A stretch of 63,995 nucleotides of DNA, counting the filler, from Folioceros fuciformis (Eukaryota), in the NCBI GenBank assembly GCA_049999805.1. It is 6 parts of 6 records of this genome, joined end to end, with 100 filler letters (N's around TTAATTAATTAA, not from the genome) between each part and the next. Parts side by side here need not be neighbours in the genome. Positions count along the whole stretch, not along the records: positions 1 to 27,158 come from JBNGIO010005832.1; 5 more parts are not named here. One strand, 5' to 3'. Position 1 is the stretch's first letter; every line of letters starts with the position of its first letter. The notes beneath the pieces are model-generated. The model ran no database searches, was not told the DNA's origin, and saw only the letters and a program-made list of their open reading frames with translations. Positions 12,187 to 22,779 of the stretch are shown piece by piece. The position numbers and the translations under genes were made by a program.

Positions 12187-13566
12187 ATGAAATGTGTGCG
12201 GGGGAGGTGCGTGGAATGCGCCGTTTGCAAAATGCAGGCGCGAGGCGGAGGGTCAAGCTCAGGCTCGTACCTGAGGCCATTTCGGGAGACGCTGCAGGCA
12301 GCAAAGCGGCGATGGGGATGGATGGAGTACCTGGCAGGCCTGGCCACCATTATCCTGGCTGTGGCAGCCGTGTCTCTCGCATCGCACCCCGACAAGCCTC
12401 TGGAGAGCCGGGGCATGCCCGATCCCGGGCAGGAGAATTCGGTCGCGCAGCCCGAGGGCTCACCCATCATGGTGGAGAAGACGGTGGTGAGGGAGCCAGG
12501 CGATGGAGTCTGCCTTGACGGCTCCTCGCCAGCCTACCACCTGCAGCTGGGCACGGGTGCAGGCACCAACAACTGGATCGTCATGCTGGAGGGCGGGGGA
12601 TGGTGCAGGGATGTTCAGGATTGCGTGCTCCGAGCCACAACCCCCCTCGGATCCTCGGCTTACATGGAGGCTTTGCCCTTCGAGGGTATTCTCAGCTCTA
12701 CTTCACCTGCCAACCCTGACTTCCATACCTGAACGCGGGTCAAGGTGCGCTACTGCGATGGCGGCCCCTTCGCCGGCCACGCCACCGACAAGCACCAAGC
12801 TGGCATCTTCTTCCGTGGCAGGGAAATCTGGAGAGCTGTCATGGCAGATCTGCTGCGACTGGGGCTCAAGGATGCGGAGCACGCCCTGCTGGTAGGCTGC
12901 TCAGCTGGGGGCCTTGCTGCCATGCAGCATTGTGATGATTTTGCGGAGCTGCTGCCGAGTGCGAAGCGGGTGCGCTGCGTGAGCGATGCCGGATTCTTCA
13001 TGCGGGTGCCGGATGTGGCGGGCCGGCCTACCATTGCCGATCTCTTCGCTGGGGTTGTGGAGATGCAGGGAGTGGAAGTGAGCCTTCCTTTAGCCTGTAC
13101 GGCTGTTCGACCCACGCTCGACTGTTTCTTCCCTCAAGTTCTGCTTCACTACATCCGCACGCCGCTGTTTGTGCTCAATTCTCCCTACGACGATTGGCAA
13201 GTGCAGAATGTGTTGGTCCCAGGGGGCTCGGATCCTCAAGGCCAGTGGGACAACTGCCGCGAAAATTTGGCGCGCTGTTCGCAAGAGCAGTTGCAGGTGG
13301 TGCATCCTTTCAAAGACGCCACGCTCAAGGAGTTGCAGCCTCTCCGGGAAACGGCTCCGGCATGTTTCTGGACTCTTGCTTCACGCACTGCCAGACGGAG
13401 GGGCCCATTCCGCATGATGCCCATTCCAGACCCTGGAATGGGCCTCACGCGATGCGCCTGGATGGCAGGACCATAGCGGATGCCGTTGGGGATTGGTACT
13501 TCGATCGCAACGCCTGTGCACCTTATTAATTGCGCTTACCCCTGCAATCCCTCCTGCCCGATTTAG
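12187..13566 (+). pseudogene. Intronless pectin acetylesterase (PAE/Notum family) pseudogene
   Basis: Motifs CLDGS.PAYH, LEGGGWC, NPDF..W..V.VRYCDG, GCSAGG, DAGFF, DSCF.HCQ, DWYFDR and C.YPCNP.C are all present. TGA replaces Trp at 12730-12732, with frameshifts near 13350 and 13515. Confidence 0.9.
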
Positions 13567-15429
13567 GGCTTGGCTCCCCCTCCCGTCGGCAGCTTCCTTC
13601 CTTGATGAAGGTAAATCCTTGTTTCCTTGTAAGGAAAGTAATTTAGGGTGGATTTGCTGTGGATTCCATCGGATTCTCGATGTCCACTTTGGGACACCAA
13701 CCAAACGAAGACATTGCACCAAAGGGAAGGCCGAAAATGCAGAATAGCACAGAAACAAATAAAATTTTCAATGAAAGCGACATAGCTTATGCAATTTTGC
13801 AGTACATGCCTTCTTCACAAGACTTCAAACTCATGAAATCGTTGGTGCCAATGCGATTTGGGTATGCTTTCATGACTACTCTACACTGAGGGTTTCAGTC
13901 CAACAGTCCGTTTCAGGGTTGCTAGTAGACGTGAGGTAGTTTTTGGTGTGGTAGGAAAGATACTACAACCGGCTATGCAGCTACATGTAGCCCATTTCAA
14001 GTTGTAGGCAAAGGCACAATAGTATCTATGATGCTTGAAATCGGTCACGAGTGGAGCTTGTAGCCCAAGTTTGGACTAAAGGCATCCAAGGCTATTAACT
14101 TCAACATGTCCCCTAAACACTGAAATGTGATCAGTGGGCAACAAATAGTGCATATTGGGCTGTACGCCAAGCAATCGCCGAGCATAATACTCTAAAAATG
14201 CTAAAGGGCGAGTAGCAATAGAGGAAGGGTGAGCATGAGGCACAGCAAAGAAGGGGTATGGTTCCATGCCCATGCATGTACCCGTATGCGGTGGGTGTAG
14301 AGACCCAAGGGTCAGTGTCATGCTGTTGTTCTAGTCTTGTACCAGAACACCGCATCATGAAGAGTAGTTGTAATGCACAAGATAAGGCAGAGGTAGAGGT
14401 GATGGAATACAGCATGCAAAAGCAGCCACTCTCTCTCTCCAACTAAAATACTCATTTGTCACAGGGTATCTAGTAGCATATTCACCCTCGATTCTTGGAT
14501 TCTCGATGCTTGCTTTGGAAAACCAAGCAAAGCAAACATTACACCAAAGGGGACATAGAAAAACAAGAGACAATCATAATTTTCAACATAGCCTTGTAGT
14601 CCTTCATTGGCCTCGGGCCCACCAAAAGCACAAAACGGGTTGTTGGCACGAGCGAGGCAATTTTTGGCTTGGCAGGGCAAAGGTTGTAACAGGCCGCGCA
14701 ACCCATTGCATCAGCTCTTGTGATGGTTGAAATTAGCCGAGTGGAGCATGAGCCTCCCATGCTGAAAATTGTCTCGCAGCTGCCTACAAATTGAAACAAG
14801 CTATTGCCGCCCCCCATGAAGTTTTCAATGTGGCAAGGGAGATGCTGGAATCGACTACAAAGCTGCATGCAATCCATTTCAGTACTAGCAAGTGCGTGGC
14901 CGATTACAATATCTCTAATAAGCCTTGAAATTGGTTGCGAGTGCAGCATGCAACTTGAGCTCAACTTGTAGGCAGTTAGGTAACTATCTTGACCATGTCC
15001 TATACACACTGAATTGCCAACAAGCAGCAAAAAACTCTTTTCGGGCAGTAGGCTAGACGCCCATTGGGCAAAATATCACAAAAATGCTAAAGGGGCAGTA
15101 GCGGGAGCACTAGTATGAGCTGGAGAAGGGTTATGGTTCCATGCCCATGCCTATGCCTATATGTGACGGGTGTAGAGCAGTGGTAGGTGCGTCAGTGCGA
15201 TGCTAGTGGTTAGGTGGGTCTGTGCAATGCCAGTTGTCGGTACAGTGGAGATCATGGTGCGAAGCACAATTGAAATGCATAAGAAATGGTAATGGAGTGG
15301 AGTGTATGAGTGGCATTGAGTATGTGAGTCTTGTGTTCACTTTCCATGTCCGTGCACATCCATTCTATACAATTTGTGCAATTTATGCATTTGTCATCAA
15401 CCAATGCAATGGTTGATGATTTGTGACGA

Positions 15430-15770
15430 CTTCAAATCTTCATATATGTACATAGACTCGGAAATGCATCACTGCCCACACAAGTGCTAGACACTCTCCT
15501 TCATAAGAACAATAGTTTGCCTCTACTGCGTTCGTACTACGACTAGCATAAGCAATAGGGTGTTCTTCTCCATCCCCAAAAATTTGTGCTAGTACTGCAC
15601 CCAATCCAAGCTTGCTCCAATCAGTATACAACAAAAATTCCTTGGTAAAGTCTGGTCTTCGTAAAATTGGACTGTTGCATAGCATGTTCTTCACCTTTAG
15701 TAATGCCAACTCTTGTTCCTGCCCCCAACACCATTCCTAACCATTCTTCAACAAGAGCGTCAATGTTGAA
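15430..15770 (-). mobile_element. Ty3/Gypsy RT-RNase H fragment
   Basis: PILRRPDF..EFLLYTDWSKLGLGAVLAQ...IAYASRS...E.NY..YEGECLALVWA. Confidence 0.9.
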
Positions 15771-16223
15771 CGCTATGGTGGTCTTGGTTTTTAGGGTTTA
15801 CATGTAGAAGTTGCTAAGAACGTTGAAAGTTGCAGCATGACTTTGTGTATTGAAAATAAAAGGCAAACTTTGATGACGAATCAGTTCCCATCTAGACCTT
15901 AAGAAATCATAATTTATATACCCACGTATAGGCCTTTGTAAGCTGAAGACTATGGTGATCTTAGTTTCTATGGAACATGTGTTTAGCAGTTGCTATGAGC
16001 ACTCAAAGTTGTAATGAGACTTTATTTATAAAAAATGAGAGTCAAACTTTGAGTGCAAATCATATAAAGTTTGGACCCTAAGAAATCCTGATTTGTACAC
16101 GCACATATAGAACTTTATAATCTCTACACGATGGTGGTCTTAGTTCTCATAGAACAAGCCTCTAGCAGCCGCTACTAACCGTGAAAGTTGTAACCAAACT
16201 CTAAATTCAAATGTAAACTAAGA

Positions 16224-16867
16224 CTATTTCTTGAAACTTGTGGCCAGAGAGGCAACTAAAGTTTCCAGTAGTGCTACTTTCTTCTCTTCAAGGGCTTCTA
16301 GTTTCATGGACATAGAGCTCCATAAGCTGATAGCATCACTTGAACTTTCTTGAGAGGTCTTTCTCTTTTTAACGATGTCGTTATTGCTAGCTCTACTTAG
16401 TGTAGAACTGTCAACACTTGACCTCTTGTGTGAAGAAGCATGCGCCTCACACACAACATGAGCACGATTATGCATATAAAGATCAACAATGTCAAACCAT
16501 GCACACATTTCAAACCTGTCGTTGCCGGATATGGTATTGTAAGCCTTGTTCACTTTGTAGTCCTCATAAATCAATTTCAATTTCTGCTTGCAGGCCTCCG
16601 AATTCTTATCAAAATCATGGCGAATTACAGCTATTGCTGCAGCCACCTTGCTCCAAATATCAAATCCTAGAGGGTAGAAAAATTCTTAAACAAAAACTTG
16701 AATTTGCTCCTACTAACTCTTGTACCTTGTTTTGGAGTTTTGTTAAATTTAGCCTCCATCCCATCTCTTACATGAATGAGGTTTATCACATGATGCTCTT
16801 TCCATGCATCTCCTTTCTTGCCACCAGCCGAAAATTCCTCTATCTTCATGAATTGCTCTTTCTTCAC
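16224..16867 (-). CDS. Harbinger Myb/SANT (trihelix-like) DNA-binding protein, 3' exons; 59-nt intron at 16667-16725; 5' part disrupted by Copia
   Basis: W.EHHV.NLI...IWSKVA...K.SEACKQK.K.I..DYK...C.WFD.VD pattern. A GT-AG intron joins the two ORFs in frame (KQG/FDIWSK). Confidence 0.75.
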
Positions 16868-17025
16868 AACATGCCATCGTCGTTAGGTGGGCACTGGATA
16901 GATTCGCACACAGTCTTCATCTTGGGGGAGGGTTGTTGCAGGTTGAGGTGTTGGATGTACCTGCAAGGACAGCCCTGCTGCCAAACCCCAGATACCAGTT
17001 GGTACCAAGGTGTTGCTAATGATAG

Positions 17026-20000
17026 TGTTAAGACCCCATCTGGTCTATTTAACCACGTCGCTAGGGTTTACCAATATGCTAGGTATAATATACATATATA
17101 GCTGAATTAGCCCTAATATGAATAGACACAAATGAATAGCCACTTAACCCTTTTTAGTGTGGACCAGGTTCTTGTGCCTTTCGACTAAAGGACAGCATTG
17201 CTCTTCAGCTTGACCATGTTCTGTATGTACCTACCATGGCTAAGCATCTCCTGTCTGTCAGCCAGCTTATGAAGCTTCGACAGTTTGATCTCTGTTTCTC
17301 AGCCTTTGGTTGTACTCTTACATACAAAGGCGCTGCCCAAGGTGCTCCACTTGCTCGAGGGATTTTGGTAGATGATCTCTACAAGCTGAACATCTGCTGT
17401 CAACCAGCACACAGTGCTTTTGTGGCTGCCAACACACAGTCTGCATTAGCCCAACTTTGGCATGCTCGCTTGGGACATGCAAACAAGAACAAACTTCTAA
17501 AAATGTCCAGCATGGAATGTTATAGGGAACCGTTGCCCAAGTGTTTTAAGGAACTTCCCCTTTGCGATTCTTGTATCCTGGCCAAACAAAAGGAGTTACC
17601 TTTTCCATCTGTTGTTGCCTACAGGACTACTCATGTTCTCGATCTTGTGCACACAGATATATCTGGCAAGATACAAGTTCCTTCTTTGGGCGGCTCCAAA
17701 TACTATCTTACCTTAACTGACGACTATAGCAGGTATTGCTGGACATACCCTATTCAAAAGAAATCAGATACGTTTTCAGTGTTTCAAGAATGGCTTCCCA
17801 TGTTTCAACGACAGACAGGTCGACTTCTTCGCTGCTTACGGTCTGATAATGGTTCGGAGTTTATAAATTCAACCTTCTATGAATATCTTGCTGCCCATGG
17901 CATTTTGCGCCAGCTTGCTGTTCCCTACACACAACAGCAGAACGATGTCGCTGAACGACGGAATCAAACTTTCTTAGGCATGACTCGCAGTATGCTTCAA
18001 TGGTCTGGCTTGCACAAAGCCTATTGGGCAGAGGCAATTGTCATTGCCACTTACATTCTTAATCATCTTCTTACCAGTTCTGTGTCAGGGCGTACCCCTT
18101 TTGAAGTAATATGGCAGCGTCGACCTAGTATACTACATCTTCGAGTATTCGGTTCCCCTGCATATGCTTATGTCCCTGCATAGCAACGTAAGAAGTTAGA
18201 CGCTCGTGCCCGGCCCCTTATCTTTGTCGGTTATGGTGAAGAAAGCAAGGCATACAAGTTATATGACCCCCCCACCCGGTCATGTGTCTTTGCTCGTAGT
18301 GTCACATTTAAGGAACTTACTCAACCAGCTGTTTCTCACTTTGCTGATGTTACTGCACATCCTGTGCTTCCTGACGATGACTTTGATGCTGCTGTTTCGG
18401 AATATCCCCATGATGTGTATCTGGTTCCATCTTCAGGGGGTGTGGCTGCTCGTGGTTCAGGGGGTGAGTTGCCATCATCTGTTATTCTGCAGCCTGAATC
18501 TCCACTACAGGCGCCTGTTCAGTATGACTCGACATCAGCTCAACCTGCAGATTCAGCTGTGTTGGAAGATGATCATAGTTTGACAGAACCTCTAGCAGCA
18601 CACTCTGAGGAATTAGACATTGACATGATGGAGTCGTTTCCTGTAACTAATGACCTGGACAATACATTGGACGCTGCTGCCTCTTCCGAGGATGAACAGG
18701 AAACTCCTGCTCACATTGAATCTGAGATACATGTTCAGGATACATCTGCTCTTGCTGAACCTAGGTACCCTAGCAGGACAAGACATCCCAGAGATCAGTG
18801 GCATGAGCGACCATATGAAGCAATAGATTTCAGGAATACCAGATCTTCTAGACTGGCAATGAAATTGCCGGTTGTTTTCTCTGCTTCCATCGAGCATCCT
18901 GCAGAACCAAGATCATATAAGGAGGCAATCACAGGTCGTGACAAAGATAAGTGGATTCCCTCCATACAGGATGAATTCAGTTCTCTTGTCAAAAATGGAA
19001 CTTGGGAGCTCTGTCCTTTGCATGCTGGACGCAAGGCAATTAGTTGCAAATGGGTTTTTAAGCATAAGCTTAATGCCCAAGGCCAGACTTATTGCTCGAG
19101 GGTTCTCCCAAGTTGCTGGAGTGGACTACACTGATACTTTCAGTCCTGTGGTAAAATCTCAGTCCATTCGAATGATTCTGGCTTTAGCAGCTGCCCGCGA
19201 CTGGGACTTAGAGCAGATGGATGTATCCACCGCTTTCCTTTATGGAGAATTGGAGGAGGACATATACATGGAACAGCTAGAGGGATTTGTAGATCCTGAG
19301 CATCCAACATGGATGTGCAACCTTAACAAAACCATTTATGGACTCAAGCAGAGTGCCAGGGAATGGTATAAGACGATCGATGCTTACCTCAAATCGATAG
19401 GTTTTGCCCAAAGCTCAGCAGATTCTAATGTATATATCTACATTACGAATGGACACATCGTTATACTAGCACTATACGTTGCTGATGCCATTTTAGCATC
19501 AGACAGTCGTGAGCTTATGGATTGGATTAAACAAATGCTTCATAAACAGTATGAGATGAAAGACATTGGTGCCCTCACCTTTGTACTTGGAGTACAGCTG
19601 CACAGGGATCGCATCAACAAGACTCTTCTTCTGCACCAGACAAAATATGTAAATGAAACTCTGAAGCGTTTTCATCTTGACCAGGCTAAACCCGTCAGCA
19701 CACCAGGAGTTGTTGGTGCTAGGCTCACCTCTGAGCAATCTCCGCAAACTGATGATGAGCTTCAGGAAATGGCAGATGTACCCTACCGCCATGCGGTTGC
19801 CTGAATTATATTGCCTGCTGGACTCGTCCAGATATCCAGCATGCCGTAAGTTGCGTTTCACAGTTCCTCGAGAAACCTGGCAACGACCACTGGGGTGCTG
19901 TTAAACGCATTCTGCGCTACTTGAAAGGAACCTCCACCTATGGACTTCGTTATCGTGGGGCATCTCTTGATTCAGACTATGTTCTTCAAGGATTTGCTGA

Positions 20001-21105
20001 TGCAGACCGGGCCTCTGATCCTGAAACTCGCCGTAGCTTATAAGCTTATTGCTTCACACTATCAGGAGCTGTGGTAACTTGGAGTACGAAGAAGCAGATG
20101 TCCGTGGCTCTCTCCTCCACCAAGGCCGAATACAAGGCTTTGACGGATTCAGCCAACAAGGCAGAGTGGGCACGCAGTTTCCTTGCCGATCTACAGTTCC
20201 CACAGGCCAAGCCAACCAAAGTATTTTGTGACAATCAGTCTACCATCGCGTTGGTTGGAAACCCTCGTTTCCATGCCCGCACGAAACATATCGAAATTCA
20301 GCACCACTTTGTGCGACATTCAGTTGAGAGGAAGATTGTGAAGATTGAATATATACCTACCGATCTTAATCTAGCTGATCTGCTCACCAAGGCCCTTCCT
20401 AAGGCTAAGCACAATTTCTTTCTTAAAGAAATGGGAATTGCAGACCACCTTGGCCTTCTTCCACCAACTGGCTAGCCTTAGTCTACAGTTCTGAGCAACA
20501 GGTACCCGCGGATGAAGCTCTCTCACCATATCCAATCGCGCATCTTGTTGCTACTCTGGTAATGGGATTCTCGCTGCTGCTGCTAGTCTCGCTGCCACCT
20601 CAGCCCTTTCTACATTGTGCCTTCGTTGCAGTTGCCGATCCGATTGCAGGACTTACAGTCGCTGACACAGCGAGCTCGATATTCCATCCTGCCAGAGTGA
20701 CGAGTTTCTTTGCTTCATGTCTTCCCCAGTTTGTATGCGCTTATCCTTGTGTTTCTGCTTCTTCACATGTTCGATGAGGAGGAATATGGCAATGGTTAGC
20801 GCACAGCTCGTCAGCGTAAAGTGGACTGCTGCACTTATCATTTCTGACGTTGTCGTAGTTCATAGTGTCGTGGTTAAGGGGGTGTATTAAGACCCCATCT
20901 GGTCTATTTAACCACGTCGCTAGGATTTACCAATATGCTAGGTATAATATACATATATAGCTGAATTAGCCCTAATATGAATAGACACAAATGAATAGCC
21001 ACTTAACCCTTTTTAGTGTTTAAGAACAAAAAACCTTTTATTATCAATCATCATTTTTTGCTGAATATGTGATTTTTTCAAGCTCCGCTCTACCAAAATC
21101 TAACA
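17026..21105 (+). mobile_element. Ty1/Copia element 3 with TSD GATAG; 5' LTR truncated (17026-~17160) and PBS/gag deleted; 3' LTR 20885-21105
   Basis: The LTR sequence is present at both ends, with GATAG at 17021-17025 and 21106-21110 and PPT TAAGGGGGTG. GAG-pre-integrase, INT, RT (YVAD) and RNase H carry stops and frameshifts. Confidence 0.9.
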
Positions 21106-21818
21106 GATAGACGCCCTAAGGATGGGCATTGTGAAAGGTGACAAAGAGAAACTGGTCGTAGGTGAAAAGTTATTGACTTGTGAGCCTTGTGACAGGCTAC
21201 TCACTTGCCACTCATCTGGACTGCTGAAACCACCACTTATTTAGGACAGCATTGTTTCACAAGGATGATGAATAAAGGGATCCATGTCTTTCTCGGTTAA
21301 GCAAAACCAAGTGCACAACAGAGCTTTGTGGAAGACGGGCGGGAAACTTGTTTAACCAAAATGAAGTGCATGAAGTTGGTTTGAGGAAGAAGTATGTTTC
21401 GCGAGCTGCTGAAGTAATAAAATAGATTGCATGTGAATGGGTATTGAAAAGGATTGTGCCTAGTAAATCATTGACCGTAATAACATTGTTAAATATGCCA
21501 TGGGTTGGCATACAATTGCATTCAAGTTTTTTCATGTTGGGTGTGTCAGGGTGTGTGAGTAGCTACCGGCCAAAGGGGTTGGTAGCTACTGACAAGTTTC
21601 AGAAGTGAGCGAAGCTGCCATGTCACGATGGCATGACTGCGCAGTGTACAAGGGCTTTACATGCACCACCCAATCCTGCCTCCCCATTTCCTAACACCTA
21701 GTGTAAACTCGGCCTAATAGCTAGACAACGACAAGCGCAAGCAGGATAGGACGAAGTGAGGTTGGATAGTCGAAGGAGCAACAACAAGTGGGGACAAAGT
21801 GAGGTTAGACAGCTGAAA

Positions 21819-21948
21819 GAGAATGACAAATGATCGAAGAGCCACTTGGAGAGTAAAGCCAACGTGGCAAATGTGTTGAAGGAGGAGAATGACAAATGAT
21901 CAAAGAGCCAATTGGAGAGTAAAGCCAACGTGGCAAATGTGTTGAAGG
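21819..21948. repeat. Tandem duplication of a ~65-bp unit
   Basis: GAGAATGACAAATGATC.AAGAGCCA.TTGGAGAGTAAAGCCAACGTGGCAAATGTGTTGAAGG occurs twice. Confidence 0.85.
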
Positions 21949-22779
21949 CTACGAAGGAGGCCGCATCGTTGTCAAGATCATTCAAAACCACCAACGAGTG
22001 GTTGGTTGGTGCATGATGTCCCGAAGCAGAGAATACGTTTATTCACTTAACTTTAGGTCCATTAGACGAGGTTCAAAAAATAGACCATTTGGCGGACAAC
22101 AAAAGCCGCATCCCATGCTATTGCTACTAAAAGGGGTAACATATACATTCTTTTCACGTGCACTTTCTCCAAAGAATGTACCTTGTTCTTGTTCTACGTC
22201 AAACCGCTTACTTTCCTCATGCAACCGCGGTTGCAGATTTTCGGACACCTTGACAGGCTTGACCGCCGCTTGAGGCCATTCAATCCCTTCAAATCATCCT
22301 TTGATTCCACCCATATTGTTATTTATTTATTTATTTATTTTAGAAAATCAAGATGGAAAAACCGTTCTCCCATATTGCTTCGCGTAGGGCAGCCACAATC
22401 ATTCACATTCTTCAAGGAAACGTCTGTACAAGACAGGAGTCCTCACATCATCGTTGACGTTATACAAGTACCACACCTTTTTGACCGCCATCCTGTTCTG
22501 CCATGCTCGCCAGCACTGTACCTCATCATCGCAATAAACCACCCGTCAGCATGGAAGAAGATCATAGCAGACCACTGCGTTTCCAGCCTGCAGACTACTA
22601 TACCGGCTCGAGCATGAATATGAATAATTGTTTGCTTAGGCCATGCTACACGCCGATGAGCAGCAGAAACCTAGAGCACCCTGTCACTACCAGCGCCAGT
22701 GCTCCCCCCCTCCCCATTTTTTTTGTTGTCTTCTTCGGACCCGTTGTGCACTCAGCAGCAGGCTGGTGTGTGCACAGGG

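Larger units (their letters stand above)
15772..21714 (-). mobile_element. Second PIF/Harbinger segment (Myb/SANT side), interrupted by Copia element 3
   Basis: Carries the ~178-bp repeat shared (inverted) with 3055-3462 and a Myb/SANT gene. Terminus TAGTGTAAACTCGGCC (21699-21714) is followed by TAA and matches 10780-10795 at 15/16 positions. Confidence 0.7.
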
